Below, in pieces: positions 27,909 through 38,785 of a DNA stretch of 64,000 nt. Location of the stretch: contig NW_027117351.1 in NCBI RefSeq assembly GCF_038025025.1, positions 1-64,000 on the forward strand. Reading direction: 5' to 3'. The DNA comes from Phyllosticta citribraziliensis (lineage: Eukaryota). How positions within the stretch are numbered: the stretch's first letter is position 1; each line of letters opens with the position of its first letter. The notes under the pieces are model-generated. The model worked only from the letters and a program-made list of their open reading frames with translations, was not told where the DNA came from and ran no database searches. A program made the position numbers and the translations under genes.

Positions 27909-28908
27909 CTTTATTCTACTTTTTAGATTATTAATAATAAATAGAGAGACTAGTAATATCTATTTAAAAATTAAATAGATATAGACTAGACCCTATATTA
28001 TTATTACCTAATATATAGATAGAGTATTAGGAAGTTATATTAGTAAAACCTACTATATTTTAATATACTAATACTAACTACCTATATCCTATATATAAAC
28101 CTTTCTATTTTAAATTCTATTTATTATAAGTATATTTATAATATTTTTATTAATTAAGACTACTCTTTTAGTTAATCTCTTCTTCTATTCTATTACTCTT
28201 TTTCTAGCTAGTATCTCTTTTAGTCTTACTACTTTTATCTTAACTAGCCTCTTTTTTAGTTCTATTAATATTACTTATTCTTTATAGATATATTAATATA
28301 TCTTACTATTACCCTCTTATCTTTAACCTATAACTAAGACGCCCTTATAAATAGTATAAGGGGAGGTCTATAAGGAACCTTTATAATAAGTTACTTTCTA
28401 TTAGAAATTACTAAATATATACTAACCTACTCTAGAAAGCTATCCTAAATCTATTATAAATAACTATAATATAGCTACCTAGCTAAGCCTACCTAAAGAT
28501 ACTAACCTTAACTATACTTAGTAACTATAAGTACCTAAGAAAGACCCTATATAATATACTATTAAATAGTAAGTTAGCCCCCTATTAGAAGTTTAAATAT
28601 ATACTAACTTACTTTAGAAAACCTCCTTTACTCCCTACCCTTATAATAATAACTATTACTTAGTAATACCTAATTTATCTTAGGACCTGCTAACTACATC
28701 CTTAATTACTATTACTAGAAGAGAATAAGGCCCTAGCGTGTCTAAATTACGAACGCACGGAGCTGACCACCAATTAATAGAGATGAGCCCCAGTCAGCCA
28801 AACATGACAATCACGCGGTTACGTAAGTACTGCGTCACTGTGCTTCAGTTAGAGATGGCTCTAATGAGAAACAGGCACACTCTGTCAAAAGCACCACCTT
28901 CCGGATGC

Positions 28909-29016
28909 AAGCGAAATGAGTACGAAATCATCCTGGCTACCGCAGCCTTAGAATGGGAATCGACAAGGAGGATGCCGCTTCGTCGTGCACTGGCAACTCC
29001 CGAAAGCCTCGAGGAG
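28909..29016 (+). pseudogene. RecQ-family helicase fragment (motif V region)
   Basis: With three single-base deletions restored it reads KRNEYEIILATAAF(G)MGIDKED(V)RFVVHWQLPK(S)LEE, matching the RecQ consensus IVATxAFGMGIDKxxVRFVxHWxxPKS. Confidence 0.8.
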
Positions 29017-29099
29017 CCCCATGGTCATTCAACTCAGCGAAGGGCAAGAAGCTGGGTTGGGCGGCCCCTCCAACTCCGCCTCCAACTCCGGTCCCTAGT

Positions 29100-29440
29100 A
29101 GCGACCCCCACAACGCGTCAACCCATCGCGAGCCTCACCACCACGAATGCTCCCATTCTCCACGCCGCGACAGTCCCACGCCATGACATCCACGCCGTGA
29201 CACCTACGCCGCGACACCCAACCACGACATCCACGCCATGACATCTCACGCCGCGACTCGACATCTCACGCCACGACCCAACTTCCGCGCCGTGACGCAA
29301 CAATCTCTCCTCTTCAACGCCGCGACCTTTTCACGAATGCTCCCACTCTGATAGCATATTACGCCGTGAACGAATGCTAATGCTGCAACAGTCCCACGAA
29401 CGCTCCCACGCCGCACCACCGACACAACACGCCATGAACA
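29100..29440 (+). repeat. Degenerate minisatellite of CACGCCRYGAC-like units
   Basis: Repeated cacgccgcgaca / cacgccatgaca / cacgccgtgaca units, plus two copies of cacgaatgctccc. Confidence 0.7.
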
Positions 29441-29452
29441 CTCTCCATCATC

Positions 29453-30346
29453 ATGGCTCCACCCGCTCGCGCCGCTGCCACTGCCCTCCCTCTCACCCAA
29501 AACACCGCGCCGGTGCACGAATTTTCGTGCCTGTACACACACGATGTGCGCCGCAAACAGAAGCGGTGGCAGGACGGATTCATCCGCCTGTATACGTTCA
29601 ACCAGCGTGTCATGGTGTACAACTAGTCACGCAATTTCGTAGGAGACGCATACCTTAAAGAGGGCGAGGAGCTTGAGGAGGGTGACGAGGTCACACTGGA
29701 GAACGGCGTGATGGTGGAGGTCGTTGAAGCAACGGCGACCACCCACACCGACCTCGACCCAGTGCTGCAGAAGAGAGCGGGCCCGACCATGGGAGCATTC
29801 GGCGGCAGGGCGCAGCCTCCGAACCGTCCTCTCAGCGAGGTGCTCGGGATCCCAAAGGGTCCAATGGGAAGGGCTCGGCTTCCTGGCCCATCGGGCAACC
29901 TGGCCAATGGCCAGCAGACGAATGCTCCCGGCGGAGGCCAAGGAGCTGCGCAGCAGACGGCCGCCCCCCGGGATGTCGTTGACTTGACTTCGGACGCCGA
30001 GGAGGACAATTCTCCTGAAGGCAACGAATCCAAGTCCCAATGTTCTGCAAATATTGACAGTGTGGTGCGAAAACGGGTCGGATTACCAGTCGTTTTTTCG
30101 ACGCCACCTCGGGTAGATAGTTGGAGCACAAAAGCAATATATTTATTCGATTGGTTGTCTGTGGGGTCTTTTTTCGGGGGGCGGGGAAGGGGTTTGGTAT
30201 GGATTCTGCCTGGTATACCTAGGCACAGCAGTGAATGGAACTCTTTGAGCATGGTTGCAAGAGCGGATGAGTACTCCCTAGGTGCTTACACGTTGCAGCT
30301 AACAACTAGGGAGTGGTTATCAACGTGGACGGACCTGCTGCGGTAA
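29453..30346 (+). pseudogene. Short DUF2439 (Mte1/ZGRF1 N-terminal domain) gene with one in-frame stop
   Basis: From ATG 29453: MAPP...TQNTAPVHEFSCLYTHDVRRKQKRWQDGFIRLYTFNQRVMVYN*SRNFVGD...LEEGDEVTLENGVMVEV. The TAG at 29624-29626 is in frame with ORF 29708..30346, which contains LSEVLGIPKGPMGRA and WSTKAIYLFDW, recalled as family-like motifs. Confidence 0.85.
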
Positions 30347-30864
30347 CCCTGTGTTGGTCGACTTTTGGTTCGTCGGTTCGTACCGCCGTCCCCATTGGCT
30401 GGCGTCCACGTATACCTGGTGGACTTTAGTGGTGTCTGTTGTGTCCGCGGAATGAATGCTTGTCGTGCGGGCCCGACTGCAAGAATAGACCAATGCTCTG
30501 TTCAGTTCCTATTGCGAATTACGTCAAATGTGAATACGCTGGGCGGCGCGCGCAGGCCGCTTGCTTCTTTCGAGTTCTTCGGCAACACTCTCTGGGCTTG
30601 TAGATGGCAGGCCAGCCAGCCGCGCCGTGGAAATTTCGGACAGATGATTGTATGAAGCATTTGAATTCTTCAGTCGCGTCCAATGCTTCACTTGCGGAGG
30701 GCGGGTTCACCTTTCCTTCAAAGTTGGTGCGGCTCTTCGATCTTCTCCTGTGTCGTAGAAAGCCAGACTGAGCGCATCGCTCGATTGATTTGAATTATCG
30801 TACTCATTAATTGCCGATCCAGGTGCATTACGCCAACGCCTTTGTCCAACCCAGATGCCATCAA

Positions 30865-32656
30865 TCACGCCGGCGCCTTGTTATCCATCCCCAGTGCGTA
30901 CTTGATCCTCATCTTTTTACCGGCGCGCACCAAGCCCTTTGCATCATGCTCATTGGTCTCGGCCAACAGACGGGCGTCAAACGCCTTTGCGATTTCGACA
31001 GGACTCATGGTGACATCGCGGCCCAACTCCCACCACCCATAGTAAAGGGGCAGCGCACCCAAAAGACCCAAGACTGCCAGGGCAGCGCCAATGATCATTT
31101 TGATAATGTCGGTTGAGTAGACAGTGTTGAGTGTATCTCCGACGTAGTAGACGTCCTGGGAAGGGTCCAAGGCGTTGCGGGCGGTCGTGTTCATGGAGGA
31201 ATCGGTCGTGGCATACAGGCTCGTGCGGAAGGCGACTTCGCGGACAGCATCCAAAATGTCGTCAGTGGGGTCGTTCCAATTGACGTCATCGGGCGATGTA
31301 AAGTCTGCGGCCGAACTCGAGTCGACGTACTGGTTGACGGTGTTACCCTCAAATCTGATGGAGCTCACGGCGCCACCAAACTCGTACGTCGCCGACGACT
31401 TGAAGAGGGTCGACATGGCCAACTGGAAGCCGCCGATGGTGGTGTCGCGGGGATTCCGGGAGCTGGGGCCTTGGTACTCGAGTTTCTCGACTTGGCGATC
31501 CGTGGTCATGCTGCCGTACAGAGACACGGTGGAGTTGCTGAACGTGACCGGGAGGGCCATGATGCTCGGCTGCAAGAGACACATGCGGGTGTGCTGCTTT
31601 GGTGTGCCAGTATCGTTGCTCTTGTAGTACGAAGTGACGTTGAGACCGCCCGTGTACCCCGTGTACAGGCTCATATAATCGTCGTCGCCCCAAATGGCGA
31701 CGTCGGTCGAGAAGAGCGTGTAGCTCGCACCCGGATCCAAATCACCGCTTAGCGCCTCACCAACGTGGGTCGTGCAGTTGGCATCGAAACCAAAAACGTT
31801 CAAGGTAGCGTTGCACATGTCGCCGCAGTAGCTGTGCTCGAGTTTCAGCGTTCTGCGGTTGCTGTAGTCGCGCATGATGGTGGAGAAGTTGCGGGTCAAT
31901 GCTGACGTCTCCGACATGGCCGCTCGAGAATAGGTGGTTTGGCCAGTGTAGCCTTCTGGCAACTTCTGGGCCAGTTCGAGGTGCATCGTGCCGTTGGTCG
32001 GGAATACGACGTTGCTGTCGATGCCGGCGGCGGCTTGGTTTACGGGAGATCTCGCGCTCGAGCAAATCCAGGCGATGAAGGCGAGGCCGTTGAGCAGGCC
32101 AAATCCACGAAACACGCCCTCAAAGGCTCCAAAGATGGACTGGCCGGCGTTCCAGTGGTAGTGTAGTCCGGCGATGGTCGATCCCTTGAGGAGTTTGCGC
32201 CAGTAGGACAAGGTCAGGCCTTGTGCAAAGGCAAAGGAGAGGAGCATGTTCATGACGATGGAGAGGATGGACAAGTAGGTGTTTGGTGCGTGTCCCCATC
32301 CCCAAGTATCCGTGATCTCCCCGTCGCTACTCAGCAAAACCGCAACCACTCCTGCAGCAGCTGCGATTGTTAGACTCGGCAACATTTTCAAAGCAAGCTT
32401 ACTTACCACCGAGATAGGCCAGAACGGCAGCGAAACCAACAAATGGAAAACGGGCCCAGAATCCAGGAATCCAGTACGCACTCAACCTGCTGTTGATATC
32501 ATTTGCGTCATCAACCGAGCGAGTGGTGTCTTCTGGCGTTTGTTCTTTCTTCATCCCGGGCGATATCAAGTTCTCCTGCGAAACATTCGTCGCTCGTGGC
32601 GAGTACGGCGGCAGCTCCAAGCCTTCGAGGGGTTCGTCTCTTCGTCTCTGCGTCAT
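30865..32656 (-). CDS. Fungal multi-pass membrane protein of unknown function (DUF3176-like)
   Basis: Exon 1 32656-32407 (MTQRRRDEP...WIPGFWARFPFVGF), phase-compatible 46-nt intron 32406-32361 (GTAAGT..CTAAC..CAG), then a long exon with TM segments and the C-terminal motif YYGWWELGRDVTMSPVEIAKAF. Confidence 0.8.
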
Positions 32657-34009
32657 GGCGATTGGCGGAATGGACAAGTCGACTTGAAAAGCCAAGAGAT
32701 GGTGTACTTTTGAATGGCTCTACCACTCCGCATTTCAGGAGCTTCGCTGGTCAGTGCACACGAGAAAAACAGCTTGATCGACGTTGGGTCAACTCATCCG
32801 GGTACTTCTAGATTGGGATCAGCTCGTATAGCACAGACCAGCCAAAATGAACTCGCAGTGCCGCCACAACTCAGAAGGCTCGTTGGCAACAGCGACTCTG
32901 CGAGACTGCTTGCGAAGGTCGATTAGGGGGAGGCTTGCGCGTCGTCGAGAAGAGAATCCGGATTCGACCTGCTGGGCCGGCAATCACCAGCGCGCCCGAG
33001 ATTTCGTCCTCACCCGGAACGGGACGGTCAGGCGCGAGCTTCAAGGAAACTGATCGCAGTGACATCGCTGAGCCGGTGCGCAATGTGAGGTTTGAGGGAA
33101 AAGTGCCACGCGAGCGAGGAGCAGAAAAGGCAAGTTGCCTGTTGGCTTTGACCACGAGCTTGTACCCGCACATGGGCGGCCACCAGCGCCGAAGTCAACT
33201 CGCCCGGACGGTAAGGATATGCAGAGGCGACTGTTGGTCTACACGACGTGGAGGTAGAGTCTCGACCTTTCGACCTCTCGACCCGCCCGAAACCGACAGG
33301 TTGCGTTCATCTTGAGAGGGTTTTCGCACCGCGTTCGTTCATAGATTGTGGCGCTGACATTTTCGCCATAGATTGATGACACAAAGTGAAAGAAGCCATT
33401 CGGATAGATGCAGACTTCTTTCCTCGAGCCGAGCATCTCCGGGGAGAGAGGTGTTCTGGAAAACTGCCATTGCTATCCACAGCATCACCATGCGCTGCAA
33501 GCTGTTGGGTCGTCCACCTGAGTAAGAATTCGACGCGGGAGCGGGCGTCCCAGTACAAGATCTGCTTCAAATGTCCCAAGCCTCCAGAATTTCAAGGTCG
33601 CGCACGAGGCCCTGGAGTATTGGCTCTTCTTGTGCTCTGTTTGCGCAGATGATCCGGGGGAAAGTAGCCTATCTGCGAGCCTGGGAAATGACGTGGTTGC
33701 CGGCCTTGTCTTCTCTTCCTGATCCGTTCGGATGCCTTTGTGTTGACCGCGCAATCGTCAAAACCGATATGATCCATCGCAGCCGAAATTGGAAAATGAG
33801 ACCAATTGTACCAGCACACCACACCACCACCATCTGGTACTCTTCCAAATTGGAAGGGTATCTTGTGCGGACATGAGGAGTTCCGGAGCTTGGGGGCAAG
33901 AAGGGAACACGTCGGCGACTGAATGTGGTTCATCGGGATCGGCAAGGCTACGGAGGAGGGGGAGGAGGAGGGAGGGTGTAGCAGTGGCGTGTGGTGGATG
34001 TGGTGGGTT

Positions 34010-34072
34010 TTGTAAAGATAGGCGAATTCGTGAACGGGGGCCGCATTCTGCGAGGGAGGGATGCTGTCGAAG
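34010..34072 (-). pseudogene. Second, very short DUF2439 N-terminal fragment
   Basis: Reads SIPPSQNAAPVHEFAYLY, similar to LPLTQNTAPVHEFSCLY at ~29486-29536. Confidence 0.6.
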
Positions 34073-34932
34073 ACGCTGAGAAAGGACGAGGTCATACTGA
34101 GGAGGGGCTTCGTCAGCGCGCCCATGCCCTGCATTTTAGACGAGGCATCGGAAGCCTCCTGGGTCAACCTCAGCGCCCTTTTCCCACTACCCCATATGTA
34201 TGATCTTTGCCTTTGGTCATGAATACGCGGTTAGAGGGACGCCAGGTCGACGAGGACGAGTCGGCAAAGGCCAAAGCTGTTTTTCGACGGCTGCCCCCTC
34301 GGTATTGAAAATTGCCCGAAGGCGTGCAAGCGGCTTTCATTTTCAAGGTTGCCAGCCGTCGAGCAGTATGACCAGAGACAGAGTCCAGGCTGCCATTGTG
34401 GGTGTCCGTCGTGCGTTGCGTGGTTGTTTTGTCGTGAGAAGGTGGGTAGCGAAAGCCTCGCAATGCGCCCGGCGGAGGGTTGGAAGATGGTGTCAGGCTC
34501 GTGAGAAGTCGCGTGGACGTGGAGGAGCGGCAACGTCAAGCGGAAGAGATGATTGTCGTGTTGTTGGTCGCGTCGTCGATTGGCGGTCGGGTGCCTGGAA
34601 AAAGAAGCGTGCAGTGGTCGGGGGGGGAAGGGGGGGGAGGGTGCGGTGCGGCCCGCGGCTGGCGCTGCCGAGGCGGGGGTCTGCCGGTCGGGTGGGGCAC
34701 AGTGGAGGGCGGAGGGGGACCGCCCGCGGGGCTTCCTTCTCGGCTGCAACACCATCACCACCCACTTCCACGTCTGCACCGAAGGAACAAAGCGACCGTC
34801 GCAAGCCTTGCACACTGTTCTTGCTGTCTGGAGGAGGGTACTGACGTTGAAGACATGGAGGCATCCCGTCACTGCAGAATCCGGCTCGGGCTTGTGGACA
34901 GGACATGAAGTAACTACCGCACCAGTCGTCAG

Positions 34933-35225
34933 CTCACGCAGGAATGCTCCTCGTCCACGGCAGCCACAACCGCAAGTCGGACGTTTCTCTCCTCCTGGAC
35001 CCCCTCCTCGACTCCCTCCCAGACTCCCTCCCAGACACGCGCACCAACACAACTCCCAAGTCTTTGTCCATTGTTCGTCCGCATCACTCGCTCACGAATG
35101 CTCCCGCTCGTCCAGCCACAGCCACAGATCGGAGGCTTCCCTCCCGGAATCCCTCCCAGACACGCCCAGCAAGTAAGTCTTTGTCCATTGCTCGTCCACA
35201 ACGCACGCTCACGAATGCTCCAGGT
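34933..35225 (+). repeat. Imperfect tandem duplication (~120-150 bp unit) containing an intron-like segment
   Basis: ccctcccagacacgc...aagtctttgtccattg.tcgtcc.ca..c.cgctcacgaatgctcc occurs twice. The second copy has GTAAGT(35173)...GCTCAC...CAG(35223). Confidence 0.7.
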
Positions 35226-35237
35226 CCAACCCGGACG

Positions 35238-35629
35238 GTCCAGACACGACGAGCCCTACGCACGCCACCTTCAAATGCAAGCGATGCAAGCCTGACGGAC
35301 GGCAGCATATCAAAGCACCGGCGATGCTTTATGGCGACACGAGTACATGGAACCACTTTTCCCTCGACAGCTTGCGAGAGTTGTTCCAGTACCGTCCAGA
35401 TACCACGAGTGACACGCACGCCACCTTGAATGCAAGCAATGCAAGCCTGACGGACGGCAACGTATCAAAGCACCGGCGATGCTTTATGGCGACACGAGTA
35501 CATGGAACCACTTTTCCCTCGACAGCTTGCGAGAGTTGTTCCAGTACCGTCCAGATACCACGAGTGACACGCACGCCACCTTAAATGCAAGCGATGCAAG
35601 CCTGACGGACGGCAGCATATCAAAGCACC
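35238..35629 (+). pseudogene. RAD54: RAD54 C-terminal fragment tandemly repeated ~2.5 times (155-bp unit)
   Basis: Encodes HATFKCKRCKPDGRQHIKAPAMLYGDTSTWNHF and SLDSLRELFQYRPDTTSDTH, the conserved C-terminal Zn-binding region of fungal Rad54. Identical ATGs at 35324 and 35479 fix the period at 155 bp. Confidence 0.85.
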
Positions 35630-35689
35630 ATCGACCGCGATGCCCTCGACGAGTTCGATCCTGACGGCAACATCACGAACAACATTGTC

Positions 35690-38600
35690 CACTCCGTCGG
35701 CCCGCCTTTCTAAAACGCCAAGAAGACGCACCGCCGTCATCCAAGACGAGCCCGACGGCCGGCTCCTGCAGACTCTCTTCCGGCATGATAGGTCTATCAG
35801 AGGAACGCCACCATGTTGTGCGGCCCAACGTTTCCGTGTAGAGGCCATGGCGGGCCAGATTGGCATCCCCAGTCTGTTCGTTTCATTTTCTTCCGGGGAG
35901 ATGCATCGGCAGTCGTTTGCGCGCCTCTTTCCTGACTATAGCGAGTGGAATGGAAGATCATTAGTGGAGTGGATGAACATGTCCGCTGTGAATGCCTCTC
36001 GTATACGCACATGTCACTGTCTTCTTCGTCTTCCGCTTCAATGCCCTCTTGACCCACGTCCTCAAGAGTGCTGCATGCGACGATTTGGTGGCGAGTCGAG
36101 TGGCAGCCCCGCGGAGGCCCTCACATTAACGGCTTCCTCTACCTACCGAATGCTCCATCCCCCAATGGCGAAGTGCAAGAATCCTTGCGTCACTGGAGCG
36201 ACGTCCTCTCTGCAATTAACCCAGACCCCGCGAAACAAGACGGCTCGGCGACCAGCGCCATTCAGTCGAGACCCGCCGAAAAGAACACGGTCCGATGGTT
36301 GGCAGACGTGATCAACCGCTGCAAGAGACACGAATGCGGCCTGAACTGTCAGCCGAGCGCCGTCACCATGTGCCATCACAGCTTTCCCAAGCCAATACAT
36401 GACCATCCCGAATTCATCGAGGTCGGCGGGCAGTCTCGCTTCAACCCTCCACGCAACGACCCCGAAACCAACGCCTACAACAGGACGAGTGCCATGAATG
36501 GCTGGCCAATTCGGACCTGCAGCCATGTGCAGATGACCACTCCGCGCCGCGTTTCGTCGGCGCGTGCTGTACCAAGGCCCAACCGATATCGAGGCAATTC
36601 ATCGAGACAGAATCCCTCATGGGCGATGTCGCTGGCAGGCAGGGTGAGGGTTCCATTGCCCGGCTCCTGGGCAAGATGTCTGGTGGTAGGGATGTCTCTG
36701 ATCAGGAGGTATGCCACTCCCTACTGAACGTCCAACTCTTTGACTCGTCGAGGGAGATCATCCTGTTGGACCGTCGCGTTCCCGAAATACATGGGCGTGG
36801 TCCATCTTCCCTCTTCCGGTGCTACATGTGCAGCGAAACCAGCGTGCCAGGCCTCCGGGATGCCACCTTGTTGCAAGTCGCTAGGGACTGGTTCACCGAG
36901 GGCGCCAGCTCTGGGCGGACCAGTCTCGTCCGAAGGCTGTCGCGCGTCGTGACCTACCTCCCGCAGCACTCGTCGGACCTGACCAGTCCAGAATACGAGC
37001 ACTTTTGTAGGGTCGGGATGACGCAACATCGTCCCTTCTCCGCTGTCGAGGATCTCCTATTCATCGCTTACACCTAGACGGCATACCCTTCTTACCGGGA
37101 GACCATGCTGGTATGGGACCGCATCAGGACCTGGTCGCTCGAACACGACCTCTTGCAGCACACTCCGAATAACGATATCCGCCCCGAGGCCTGGGAGGAC
37201 TTTGCCGCACAGTTCCCTGGTCGGCTCGATGACGAGTCCTACCTCGGCAGTCGTCCCATGGACACCGACTGCGACTGGCAGGCGCACGTCGGCGGTGGCA
37301 AAGTGCCTCAGGCGGATTGGTACGACGACGTCAAGAAACGCTGTCCTGAAGTGCATGGCGGCGTCGACACCTTTGGGTACGAGCATCTGAATGTGGAGCA
37401 TCGAAAGGTCTTCAATGCGATCGCTCACTGTCTGTCGGAGCCGTCTGGGCCGCTCCTGGCAGAGATTGATGGCGCGGCTGAGGTCGAAAAGTCAGTCCTG
37501 CTTCGCGTCTTGCGCGAGTAACTCACCACCGCCGTGGGGGATGGTTCGGTCGTCATCTGTGCCGTCACGGGCGTTGCGGTGGTCGAGATACAGGGCCAGA
37601 CCCTCCACTCGCACTGGATATTCGCGTGTTCCTCGTGCATCCAGACGGGGCCCTCGAGCCTGAACCCCTCCCCGTCCGCCAGTCGGGGTTCGCCGACTAC
37701 GTGTTCCTTTTTCGTCGATGAGAAGTCGGCGATGTCCCTCGAGTAGGTAGCTCCACTCGATGGACAAGAGGTTGCCTCTCGCCAAGAACCTCGATGTTTG
37801 GTTTGGTGGTCTCAGCCTGCTCCTCATTGGCGACTTTGGTCAGCTTCTTCCCCTTGGCGCATGTCCTCTCTGCATCGGCAACCCTCGACGCGACGCGGAA
37901 TGTCTCGACAGAATGGCTTACGAGCAGTTTGTCGTCCAAGTCCAGTTAACTCAACCCATGCGGCAATAGGGTCCTACCCAAGAAGCCTTTCGGCGTGCTC
38001 TACGCAGACTGCGTGACGACAACCTGATAAGGGAGGACTTTAACACGCTCGCCTCCCGCGTCGCCCTACAGCCGACAACGTTCGACGTTGTCCGGCTATA
38101 CGGCTAAAAGAGCGCTGTTAATGCATTCAATGAGATGCTCATGAGGCGCTGCAATCAGCCAGTCATCACGATCCATGCCACCCAACGCGCCCGGGATCCA
38201 CTGGCCGCCAGTGCGAGCTTCGACCAAGCCGGTCGCTTGAACCGGAAGCTCCCATCGTGCATCGGAGCTCGGGACATGGTCCTCCAAAACATCTGGGTAT
38301 ACAGTTCCTTGGGCTCCGTGCAAGACATTCGCTGGGCTGACGACACGGTCGACCTGTTCAACACCATGCCTTCCGTCGTGTTGGTGGCTCTTGACAAATA
38401 CAACGTTGATGGCTACAACCCTGGCGACTACGATCTCTCATTTTTCGACCTTGATCCAGAGGGTAAACCGGTGGTTCCAATCTTCCCAGCAGTCCATACC
38501 TTCATGTTTGGAGGTGCCAGGTGTTCGCGAACTCAGTTTCCATTGACCACCGCAAACACCATTACCATCCACAAGACCTGGTCGATTTCGGTCGATCTTG

Positions 38601-38785
38601 TCGTCGTCAATTTTGACCATCGGGGATCCACACCTGTGTTGTCTTACGTGGCAGTGTTGCGCGTCCGGTCGCTCCAAGGGCTCATCGTTGAGGAACCCAT
38701 CGACTACGAGATTTCTCGCAGTCTTGCTCCTCCTCCGACGGCGGCCTTGCGGGATGCAGATGATTGGAGGCGGTCGCAGTTGCTG
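35690..38785 (+). mobile_element. Decayed Helitron-type Rep (HUH)-Pif1 helicase gene
   Basis: Motifs in order across broken frames: IRGTPP..EAMAGQIGIPSLFVSFS; WWRVEWQPRGGPHINGFLYL (HUH region); PPRNDPETNAYN; RDVSDQEVCHSLL; YEHFCRV..HRPF; DGAAEVEKS (decayed Walker A); TGVA..IQGQTLHS; VDEKS; FGGLSLLLIGDFGQL; RTQFPL..TITIHK; SYVAVLRVRSL. Multiple stops and frameshifts. Confidence 0.9.

Larger units (their letters stand above)
1085..28735. repeat. AT-rich RIP-mutated nested transposon block
   Basis: Near-total loss of CA/TG and CG dinucleotides, extreme TA excess, no ORFs in the track over 27.6 kb, abrupt compositional borders. Confidence 0.97.

Noticed and set aside
34231..34275. RLVLVDLASL resembling the kinesin LVDLAGSE motif
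   Set aside because: Too short, lacks GSE, and has no other kinesin motifs.
35238..35629. Regular repeats resembling a CRISPR array
   Set aside because: The units are contiguous 155-bp tandem copies with no unique spacers, they encode a Rad54 peptide, and the DNA is eukaryotic.
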